Shown piece by piece: positions 16,485 to 24,265 of a stretch of DNA of 24,265 bases. The DNA is from Promethearchaeia archaeon. Lineage in GTDB: Archaea > Asgardarchaeota > Lokiarchaeia > Sigyniarchaeales > SOKP01. Location of the stretch: the NCBI GenBank assembly GCA_029856105.1, contig JAHQWH010000163.1:1-24265 (forward strand), written 5' to 3'. How positions within the stretch are numbered: position 1 is the first letter of the stretch; each line of letters starts with the position of its first letter. The notes under the pieces were generated by a model. The model was given only the letters and a program-made list of their open reading frames with translations, did no database searches and had not been told where the DNA came from. A program made the position numbers and the translations under genes.

Positions 16485-17357
16485 TCAATGTGTTAACGCA
16501 AGAGCCAAAATAAATCCTCCATAAATCTCGGAAAATACACCTACGCGAGATGTATCTATTATTATATGCCCAATGTCCATATATATTGCGCCATATGCTT
16601 TACCTCCGCCTAAATGCACCAATGTACGATAAATTAGATTTCCTGAGATACCATTTGGAGCAATTATTAAATTAGATTTATCGTCAATTGCTTTTTCAAT
16701 TAAAATTTCGTCATGATTTATTTCCAACTTTGGATGTTCTAGCTTGAAGTAATCTACTAATTCTTTCGCTTCGTTGATAGTTTTATCGACATCCGGATTT
16801 CTACCTAAATCTCCGACCCTTCCGCCGCTTAAAATGCTGATCTTTGGTTTAAGATTTAAAGCTTCTAATACTTTTATTGCTTTTTCTAAGAATATCTTTT
16901 TATTTTTAATATTATTGCATTCGTCTATACCTACGGGTCCAAAGAAAAATTGTTGGCCTTTATAAGTTTCTAATAACGCTAAACGGGCAACCTCTGAGAT
17001 ATTTAGGGATGTTTTGAGAATTTTTAAGAATTTACTTGAACCCAAACTACCTCTTACAACGCAAGATATGAGTTCTTTGCCTAGGTAATTTAAAATCTCA
17101 GATTCTGGCTCTTTTGATTCGATTAAAAAGATTCTTTTCGAATTTTTTTTATAAAGAGTGTTTTTAGAAATTTGATTAATAGAAGATTTATTGCCAAAGA
17201 AATAAACTGAAGATTTATTGATTTCTAGTAGTTTTATAGTAGCTTTTAGGACTTTGAGATTATGGGCTTCCGAATCCCCTAACCCAATCCCAATGTTAGT
17301 AATTTTACCTTCTACTTTAGATGTGAAAATATCTAATATGCTCATAGAAAATCTCAA
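16485..17357 (-). CDS. mtxX: MtxX / methanogenesis marker protein 4 homolog (phosphotransacetylase-like fold)
   Basis: VVRGSL, GPVGIDE, LSGGRVGDLGR, EILIEKAI, IIAPNGISGNLIYRTLVHLGGG and DTSR; the start may be the ATG at 17345. Confidence 0.85.
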   Translation of the reverse strand: MRFSMSILDIFTSKVEGKITNIGIGLGDSEAHNLKVLKATIKLLEINKSSVYFFGNKSSINQISKNTLYKKNSKRIFLIESKEPESEILNYLGKELISCVVRGSLGSSKFLKILKTSLNISEVARLALLETYKGQQFFFGPVGIDECNNIKNKKIFLEKAIKVLEALNLKPKISILSGGRVGDLGRNPDVDKTINEAKELVDYFKLEHPKLEINHDEILIEKAIDDKSNLIIAPNGISGNLIYRTLVHLGGGKAYGAIYMDIGHIIIDTSRVGVFSEIYGGFILALALTH

Positions 17358-17363
17358 TTGATT

Positions 17364-18464
17364 TTAAATAAAGTTAAAAACAATAAACGCAAGAATAATT
17401 GTTAGCGCATCGTAAACGCCATGTGTAATCATAACAGCGACTAAGTTTTCTTTTCTCCAATTATAAAGTAATCCAAGCAACAAAGAAATAGCAAAAAATG
17501 GAAAAAAATTAAAAAGGAATGATATTATAAATAATATAGGTGATCCTGGAGACAAGAATATTCCAATTAAATGAATCGATGAAAAAATCAACGCTGTAAT
17601 AATAATCCCCCTTGTTTTACCTAAACTTCGAACTAACCCTTTTTGTAAAAACCCTCGAAACAAAACTTCTTCGGTAGTACCAATAATTAATATCATTATT
17701 ATGCTTAATAGAAAAATGCTAAGAATATCTGCGGAGGCAATCATTGTATCTACTTCTCCAGCGGTTCCAAAAAACTCCTGTATAGTTTCGAATCCAAAAA
17801 TTAGGCTCAGTATAATTTCCATGAGAAAAGAGATGGATAACACTAAAGCTACTCCCACTACCGCAAATCCTAAACCAATTAAGATTTCTTTAACAAGTTT
17901 AGTTTTATCAAATCCTTTCGTGGTAAAACCTAATAAAACCAAACGGTTATTTAGTGTTGGATTCTGAAGGTATTTACCAACGTATAAAGCTGGAACAAGA
18001 ATAAATATTAATTCAACAAATGAAGTTCCAATAATAAAATACGGGCTAACTAAGAAATCTAATACATTTTCTAAGTTAAATGTAAACAAAATAAAAATTA
18101 CAACGACCAAAATTGCAATAAAGTTCATTAAAACATATGCTGCTGCAGTAATACCAATAGAAGCAAAGCTACCCCATAATTTCTGATCCTCTAAGTTAAG
18201 GAGTTCTTCTTCAGAAAGTTTTTTTCTTATAGGTTTATTTGATAGATAAAATTTTTGTTGGGAAATTGCTTCTGGGGAGTCCAGATAACGTGTATTTTTA
18301 CGAGAAGGCATCCTCATATGGGTGTTTATATATTGAAGGTCAACACCACACTTAATACAATATGTAATATTTTTAATTTGAGGTATCTTAGTTCCACAGA
18401 TAGGACAATAAAGCCATTTAAACTCAATATTGGCTGAATCGTCTAAATTTTCATTTTCATTCAT
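17364..18464 (-). CDS. CPBP (type II CAAX/Rce1/Abi) intramembrane protease with N-terminal zinc ribbon
   Basis: CPICG...CIKCG, EEVLFRG, FSSIH, HGVYD and multiple TM helices. Confidence 0.92.
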   Translation of the reverse strand: MNENENLDDSANIEFKWLYCPICGTKIPQIKNITYCIKCGVDLQYINTHMRMPSRKNTRYLDSPEAISQQKFYLSNKPIRKKLSEEELLNLEDQKLWGSFASIGITAAAYVLMNFIAILVVVIFILFTFNLENVLDFLVSPYFIIGTSFVELIFILVPALYVGKYLQNPTLNNRLVLLGFTTKGFDKTKLVKEILIGLGFAVVGVALVLSISFLMEIILSLIFGFETIQEFFGTAGEVDTMIASADILSIFLLSIIMILIIGTTEEVLFRGFLQKGLVRSLGKTRGIIITALIFSSIHLIGIFLSPGSPILFIISFLFNFFPFFAISLLLGLLYNWRKENLVAVMITHGVYDALTIILAFIVFNFI

Positions 18465-18560
18465 TTTTATTACGTAGTAAGATGTTAAAATAATATATAC
18501 TATTGTTCTATTATTGTTTTTGATTTAAAAGTATAACATATAAAAAATATAACAGTCAGC

Positions 18561-20333
18561 TTAATGGGTAAAATAACATTTTAATGTGTCTTTTTCCCAT
18601 TTAATTGGATTTACGAATCCAAATCTCTCGAATTGTATCGTTTTATTCATAGGAATGTTTATAAGGTTAAGCTCTCCATTTCCCTTAGAAATAATCCCAT
18701 CAGGTTTTAGAACTGAAACTTTCACATTTTCTTCTTCACAGACCCATTGAATAATTGAAAATTCTCTGTTTAATTCGTAGCTATGGAACTGAGCATTTAT
18801 TTTTTGGTTCTCTATATCAATATATGTTAATTTAATGTTGATTAGGTCTTTTAACCGTAAATCTTGATCTATTTTAAATTTATGAGCATCTGATTTAGCA
18901 ACAAATACTTTCAATTTACCTTCTTTTGCTTCAACGTTTATTTTTCTTTTTCCTTTTTTAGGATTTGACGGTAGTACTAATGGTTCAGCCGTATGTTTTG
19001 AAAAAGGAATGTTTTCGATCTCGATTGTAACAGGGTCTTCTACATAGAAATACCTATCTGAAATATCATCAATTATATCCTTATTTTTAGAATAAAGCCA
19101 TGATTCATCAAAAGTAATTCCCGTAATTGACATTCCAAGGTCTAAAAGCGTTTCTTTCAAAGCTTCTGGCTTAATACCTCGCATTTTAAGGGATTGTAGG
19201 CTCCAAGTCCTAGGGTCGTCCCATCCTTCGTATTTGCCACTTATTACATTATTTCTTGATTGCGTTTTACTTAAATTCATATTTGGAAACTTGATTCTAC
19301 CGTAATGCAAGAATTCCGCTTTTTTCCAGTTAAAGTGCTCCCAGATAAATGCTTCGATAATATCTTCTTTTACCAAATCTGCGCCTCTTAAGATATGTGT
19401 CGCACCTATTAAATGATCATCGATTGCCCAAGAAAATTCTAACATTGGCCAAACAATGTATTTATTTCCAATCAGTGGGTGATTCGCTTCAGAAATTCTC
19501 ATAATTATTTGGTCTCTTATTGCAGGATCTTTTTGGGTCATTCCCGTTTTTAATCTAACTACAACTTCTGTTTCATGGTACTGCGCTTTAATCATGTTGT
19601 TCCATTCTTCTAGGTTTATATCTATTGATTGATCTCTATGAGGGCAATTTTTTTTCTGTTTTTTATATTTCTCCCTAAACTCATTTGCACTACAGAAACA
19701 TACATAAGCCATATTATCCTGAATTAATTTCTTACAATATTCGTAGTATATTTCCAATCTGTCACTCTTGTAATATGTTTTAGAATAATCAACTCCCAAC
19801 CACTTTAAACCATCTTTTATCAAGTCGTAAGCTTCAGGAAGCACGTATTTTGCTTTAGGGCTATCTCTCAAAGATTTTGGACTTCCTATTGTGTCATCAA
19901 AGAATAAGATTAGTTCCCCGTTATAGCGTTTGACATATTCGTTGTTTAAAACCACCATTCTCGCATTTCCAATGTGTAAAGCACCACTCGGGTATGGGGC
20001 TAAACGCATTACGATTTTATCGTAATTTTGCGTATTTAGTAACTCTGGCAATTCTTTCTTTTCTTTCTTAGTTTCTTTTTTCTCTAAAGCAGATGGATCT
20101 AATTCAAGTAATTTCTCTTTTTGTACTTCTAAAGTTAGTTTAGTAATTTCGATAATCGTTTCATCTAACAAAGGTTTAATCAATTTAATCTGAGATCTTA
20201 ATTCAGGCTTTTGGCTCATTATTTTACCCATAATTGCTTTTAGATTCGGTTCTCCCCCGAATTTCACCGCATTTGTAAGACCAAAAACCCATAATAACTT
20301 TTTTATTTCATCAATATCCATTACAAAAATCAC
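18561..20333 (-). CDS. gltX: Glutamate--tRNA ligase (archaeal type)
   Basis: NAVKFGG archaeal N-domain, RLAPYPSGALHIGN, THILRG, LSKT, WDDPR and QFERFGF. Confidence 0.97.
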   Translation of the reverse strand: MIFVMDIDEIKKLLWVFGLTNAVKFGGEPNLKAIMGKIMSQKPELRSQIKLIKPLLDETIIEITKLTLEVQKEKLLELDPSALEKKETKKEKKELPELLNTQNYDKIVMRLAPYPSGALHIGNARMVVLNNEYVKRYNGELILFFDDTIGSPKSLRDSPKAKYVLPEAYDLIKDGLKWLGVDYSKTYYKSDRLEIYYEYCKKLIQDNMAYVCFCSANEFREKYKKQKKNCPHRDQSIDINLEEWNNMIKAQYHETEVVVRLKTGMTQKDPAIRDQIIMRISEANHPLIGNKYIVWPMLEFSWAIDDHLIGATHILRGADLVKEDIIEAFIWEHFNWKKAEFLHYGRIKFPNMNLSKTQSRNNVISGKYEGWDDPRTWSLQSLKMRGIKPEALKETLLDLGMSITGITFDESWLYSKNKDIIDDISDRYFYVEDPVTIEIENIPFSKHTAEPLVLPSNPKKGKRKINVEAKEGKLKVFVAKSDAHKFKIDQDLRLKDLINIKLTYIDIENQKINAQFHSYELNREFSIIQWVCEEENVKVSVLKPDGIISKGNGELNLINIPMNKTIQFERFGFVNPIKWEKDTLKCYFTH

Positions 20334-20485
20334 GCATTAAAGATCGTTATTTTCAATTCTAAATTTAAAGCTATTTGAGTATTAATAATAAAGCTTATCA
20401 AAAAAAATAAATCTTTATTAAGAGAATATTAGCAAATAAATAAATCGGAGTAAATAATAAATAATAGAATTTCTGGTGTTCGAAA

Positions 20486-20770
20486 ATTTTTTATCGCGGA
20501 TATATACTAATTAGATTAAAGGTTATAGGTACTGAATGGGAAGTCGTTGAGAGATTGAAAGGTTTAAAGTCAACCATTCCCGATGAAGATTGGAAAGTAA
20601 CATATGTAACCCCTGTTTATGGCGGTTGGGATTTGGTAGTGGAATGCACATTTACTAAACTACAAGAATTAGATAAAATCGTGACTTTTATTCGCGTGAA
20701 CGAAGAATTATCTAGCTGGATTGAAGAAACTACTACATTAGTGTCTAGCAAACCTGATTATCCTAAATAA
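20486..20770 (+). CDS. Stand-alone Lrp/AsnC ligand-binding (RAM) domain protein; probable ATT start
   Basis: VTPVYGGWDLVVE and IEETTTLV. The frame extends upstream of 20555 to supply the first strand and helix (FYRGYILIRLKVIGTEWEVVERL). ATT at 20486 lies 7 nt after TGGTG. Confidence 0.8.
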   Translation: MFYRGYILIRLKVIGTEWEVVERLKGLKSTIPDEDWKVTYVTPVYGGWDLVVECTFTKLQELDKIVTFIRVNEELSSWIEETTTLVSSKPDYPK

Positions 20771-20868
20771 ATAATAGATTTAATAAAACTCTACTAATTT
20801 TAATTCAAATAAAAATTAGAAATGACATTCTAGAAATATGAAAGAATTGACTTTTAAAGAATATTATA

Positions 20869-20886
20869 TTTATACAAATGTATAAA
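20869..20886. promoter_or_regulatory. Perfect inverted repeat TTTATACA-AA-TGTATAAA, candidate operator upstream of the SRPBCC gene
   Basis: 8-bp arms with a 2-nt spacer, about 50 nt before the start and just downstream of a TTTAAA box. Confidence 0.4.
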
Positions 20887-20935
20887 AAAGATATTATTAT
20901 ATAATATAATTGTAATCTACAAATGAGGTGGTTAT

Positions 20936-21355
20936 TTGCCTAAAATTACAAGAAAAATAGAAATTAAAACTAACCTTGAGAAAATTTATACTATTTTAAT
21001 AGATGGAGAACAGACAGTGAATTGGAACCCAATTGTAAATGAAATAACAAAACTTGAAGAACGTAAATATTTACTAAAATCAACAATTGGGGATATGACT
21101 ATTAATAAAATAGAGACAATTAAAGATGTTTATATTAGATGGATAATGGAACAGAGTGATATGCATTCAATGGGATATATTTTGGCTGAAAAATTACCAA
21201 TATCAAAAGTTGAATTATGGGTTGAATTTGAAAATAAGTCTTTTAAAAAGAAATACCAGGAAGCTGCAGATTTAACCTTACAAGGTTTAAAAAATTATAT
21301 TGAATATATTGAAACTGGGAGCAACATTCTAGAGTATGATAAACATTCAAAATAA
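20936..21355 (+). CDS. SRPBCC/START-like ligand-binding protein
   Basis: ITRKIEIKTNLEKIYTILID...WNP start and C-terminal helix LQGLKNYIE; GAGGTGG SD before a TTG. Confidence 0.8.
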   Translation: MPKITRKIEIKTNLEKIYTILIDGEQTVNWNPIVNEITKLEERKYLLKSTIGDMTINKIETIKDVYIRWIMEQSDMHSMGYILAEKLPISKVELWVEFENKSFKKKYQEAADLTLQGLKNYIEYIETGSNILEYDKHSK

Positions 21356-21627
21356 TTAACTCATTAATTTTTTATTTTTTTATAATTTTTTATATTCAAA
21401 CTTCTCAAAATATTCCTTATTAAAATATTATCAATATTTTTGACAGAAGAAGATAATATTTATTCTAATATTCTTTAATATTGTTACACATCATATATTT
21501 TTCTATAACATAAAATTAGAGCCCAATAAGAGGATTCTAATGAAATTTGGATTAAAGAAACTACTAAATAAATTAATTAATAAGTTTAATATATTTCTCA
21601 TATTTTAATTTAAATTATAATTAAAGA

Positions 21628-22770
21628 TTGTATGATACAAATATGAAAGAATTAACTAGTAAAGAGTATTCTAATAAAGTTTTGGGCTCATGGTTAGGTC
21701 GAGTTGCGGGAGATTTTGTAGGCACCCCAGTCGAATTTGTACCGTACCCAACAATTATAGAAAAGTATGGAAATATCGAATATTTTACCGAACCTATTGA
21801 TTTAGATTACGTTAATGACGACGAAATGTACGAGATCTGCGCACTTGTTGCCCTTGAAAAACTTGGAAGCGAGGTCACAGCGAAAGATATTGCTCAAGAG
21901 TGGGTAAATCTTTTATACACATTAAATTTCACTGCTGAAAAAATAGCTATAAAAAATATAAATTCAGGAATTTGGCCACCTAAGTCTGGTACTCATAATA
22001 ATTATTATTACGATGCTATTGGAGCACAGATGCGGGCAGATATTTGGGGTCAAATTTCCCCTGGATGTCCCGAAGTATCTAAAAGGTTTGCAGAAATGGA
22101 TGGATCTATTTCACATGCGGGCATTGGTATCGAAGGCGAAATTTATTTAGCAGTTTTAATCTCTCACGCATTTTTTGAAGAAGATATTAGGTTAAATATC
22201 GAGAACTCTCTCAAATTTCTCCCTTCTAATAGTGAGAGTTATTATACTCAAATGGTAGAAAAAGCAATTAACCTATATAATCTATTTCCAAATAACTTTA
22301 GAAAGGCAAGAGAGAATTTAATTATTTATTGGGACGATGTAAGAAAAAATAAATTGGCTTTAACGGGTGTTAAGGGCTCTCAATCAGAGTCTTTACTTCA
22401 AAAAAAAAGAAGAAGGTTTTTACATACTCATTTTAAAAAAATGCATGTTTTACCCAATATTGGAATTATTATTCTTTCTTTATTATATGGAGCTCAAGAT
22501 GAGAAAGACCCTCTTGGCAAATCAATTTGCATTGCCGCCATGATGGGACTTGACACAGATTGTAACTGCGGAAACATAGGAGCGGTTTTAGGTGTTCAAT
22601 TGGGAGCTGAGAACATACTTCCTAAATGGAAAGATCCTCTACAAGACACATTTGCTACTTATGTAAAAGGATACGAAAAGTGGAAAATTACTGAATTAGC
22701 GCAACGAATTACTAATGTAGGTAAACTTATTGTGAAAGAAAAATGCAAAGATCAAGTTAAGATTTTATAA
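21628..22770 (+). CDS. ADP-ribosylglycohydrolase (DraG/ARH) family protein
   Basis: GSWLGRVAGDFVGTPVE, NDDE, IGAQMRADIWG, DGSISH and GLDTDCNCGNIGAVLG; the likely start is the ATG at 21643. Confidence 0.92.
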   Translation: MYDTNMKELTSKEYSNKVLGSWLGRVAGDFVGTPVEFVPYPTIIEKYGNIEYFTEPIDLDYVNDDEMYEICALVALEKLGSEVTAKDIAQEWVNLLYTLNFTAEKIAIKNINSGIWPPKSGTHNNYYYDAIGAQMRADIWGQISPGCPEVSKRFAEMDGSISHAGIGIEGEIYLAVLISHAFFEEDIRLNIENSLKFLPSNSESYYTQMVEKAINLYNLFPNNFRKARENLIIYWDDVRKNKLALTGVKGSQSESLLQKKRRRFLHTHFKKMHVLPNIGIIILSLLYGAQDEKDPLGKSICIAAMMGLDTDCNCGNIGAVLGVQLGAENILPKWKDPLQDTFATYVKGYEKWKITELAQRITNVGKLIVKEKCKDQVKIL

Positions 22771-22816
22771 GAAAAAAAACAGATAGAGGTAACGAATAGA
22801 AAATAGTGAGATTTAA

Positions 22817-23374
22817 TTGATGAATAGTAAAAAATCTGAAGTTAAACATGATAAAGATAAAAATAATAAAGATAAGATGAAGTTTACTTTGGTGGATATT
22901 ATCTTTACAACATTATTTACAGTAGCTTTTATTATCCAACTTTTTTTAATGTTGTTTTTTGCAAATGAAATGGGGATTGTTATTTTAATTTATATTGGAT
23001 GGATAATATGGTTATTCTGCCTTTATTTTGCTCTTATAAATTTTCGAACATTTAAGAAAAGAGGTAAAGTCCCAAAAGGTAAAAGCTATATAAATACTAC
23101 AATTCTCGTTGATAAGGGGGCATATGCAATTATTCGACATCCACAATATTTAGGTGGAATATTATTTTCTATAAGTATTACTTTATGGACTCAAATATGG
23201 CTCTCCTTAGTTCTTAGTGTCGTGATTATTATTTTTACATACCATTGGACTTATTCTGAAGAAAAAACTCTTGTTGAGAAATTTGGTATTGATTACATAA
23301 ATTATAAAAAAAAGGTGCCGAGACTTAACCCTATACTAGGAATTATTAAATACATGAAAAGAAAAAATAAATAA
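22817..23374 (+). CDS. Isoprenylcysteine carboxyl methyltransferase / PEMT family membrane methyltransferase
   Basis: LVDKGAYAIIRHPQYLG and EEKTLVEKFGIDYINYKKKVPR. Confidence 0.92.
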   Translation: MMNSKKSEVKHDKDKNNKDKMKFTLVDIIFTTLFTVAFIIQLFLMLFFANEMGIVILIYIGWIIWLFCLYFALINFRTFKKRGKVPKGKSYINTTILVDKGAYAIIRHPQYLGGILFSISITLWTQIWLSLVLSVVIIIFTYHWTYSEEKTLVEKFGIDYINYKKKVPRLNPILGIIKYMKRKNK

Positions 23375-23386
23375 TAAGTTTCATGC

Positions 23387-24076
23387 TTAATCATTCTTTT
23401 TAAAATCCAGTAATCTCAAAATATCGTTTATGTTAACGTAGCTTAAATCTTGAACAACCATATCTGCATTTAAAAGATCTACGTTACAATATGTTGTTCT
23501 TAAAGCGATAACCTTCATTCCTGCTTTCCGTGCTGCGGTTATGCCTACAGGAGCATCTTCAATTACAAGGCAATTATCTACTTTAATATTCAATTTTTCA
23601 GCGGCTATTAAAAAAACATCTGGTGCCGGCTTTCCATTTTTGACTTCTGCTGCTGTTATAATTACATCAAAGTAATCTTTTATATTTAATGTTGACAATA
23701 ATAGATCTACATTTTCGGGTGGTCCACTTGAACCAACGGCTAATTTAAAATTACGAGCGTGAAGTACTTTTATTAAAACCAGCGCACCTGGCAAGGGTTT
23801 TAACTCGTCTTTAACCATTTCTCGATAATATAGTTCCTTAAGGTTTGCCCATTTTTCAACAACTTCTTGTTTGATCTTTGGACCTACTAATTCTCGAGTA
23901 ATTGAAATAGATTGCTGACCAAAAGTGAGGTTAAAAAATCTTTTGGAAAATTTAACTCCTATCTGTTTGGCTAATTTTACCCAACTTTCATAGTGGATAG
24001 ACCCAGTATCCGCTAATACACCGTCCATATCGAATATTACGCAATAGTTTTCAAACATGTTTTTATCCTTACACAT
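23387..24076 (-). CDS. HAD family phosphatase (beta-phosphoglucomutase/CbbY-like)
   Basis: IFDMDGVLAD, VGSS, GKPAPDVF and VIEDAPVGITAARKAGM. Confidence 0.95.
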   Translation of the reverse strand: MCKDKNMFENYCVIFDMDGVLADTGSIHYESWVKLAKQIGVKFSKRFFNLTFGQQSISITRELVGPKIKQEVVEKWANLKELYYREMVKDELKPLPGALVLIKVLHARNFKLAVGSSGPPENVDLLLSTLNIKDYFDVIITAAEVKNGKPAPDVFLIAAEKLNIKVDNCLVIEDAPVGITAARKAGMKVIALRTTYCNVDLLNADMVVQDLSYVNINDILRLLDFKKND

Positions 24077-24159
24077 TTCTTAGTAAATTATAATAGAGAA
24101 ATAAAGTATTTTAAGTATTATTCACGTTTATAATTATTATAGGAAAAGCAGTAAAGCTT

Positions 24160-24262
24160 AGCCCAGTAGTCGAGTGGATAAGACGCTTGCCTGCGAAGCA
24201 AGTGATCAGGGGTTCAATCTTCTTAAAACTTCTTATAGAAGGAATAATTCCCCTCTGGGCTA
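24160..24262 (+). tRNA. tRNA-Arg(GCG) with a 30-nt intron in the T-loop at position 58/59 (24218-24247)
   Basis: Acceptor AGCCCAG/CTGGGCT plus A73; D-loop GGATA (A20); anticodon arm CTTGC-CTGCGAA-GCAAG; T stem AGGGG/CCCCT. Removing the intron gives the loop TTCAATT. Confidence 0.92.
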
Positions 24263-24265
24263 CTT

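Noticed and set aside
68-18437. Short antisense or alternate-frame ORFs in the track (e.g. 68-265, 1129-1344, 2807-3073, 3784-4062, 5122-5307, 6583-6801, 9536-9814, 10695-10994, 11363-11833, 13805-13993, 14692-14928, 16774-16965, 17701-17967)
   Set aside because: They lie within or largely overlap well-supported genes and have no recognisable motifs; they are shadow ORFs.

Overview
AT-rich archaeal chromosomal window, most consistent with an Asgard archaeon (Lokiarchaeia/Promethearchaeota). This is inferred from the protein styles: archaeal histone, S8e, SRP19, proteasome beta, archaeal GltX, an MtxX-like protein and two BHB-intron tRNAs. It holds about 30 CDSs and two tRNAs; I found no mobile element or CRISPR array. 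The left part has a nucleotidyltransferase fragment, a membrane-anchored helical-barrel protein, a membrane/bPH_2/XRE-HTH fusion with a tandem-HTH partner and a candidate operator, and a small catabolic group (BKACE, SDR, M24, Gfo/Idh/MocA). The centre has a histone, an adaptin-ear-like Zn-ribbon protein, a DUF4443 regulator, a JAMM protease, a 7TM/small-protein pair, psmB, rps8e, hypA, srp19 and tRNA-Pro(GGG) with an intron at 25/26. The right part has mtxX-like, Zn-ribbon CPBP protease, gltX, Lrp/AsnC-domain, SRPBCC, ADP-ribosylglycohydrolase, ICMT-like and HAD genes, and tRNA-Arg(GCG) with a T-loop intron at 58/59. Four genes appear to use CTG/ATT/ATC starts and are missed or truncated by the ORF track. 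All family calls come from recognising motifs by eye, not from database searches.
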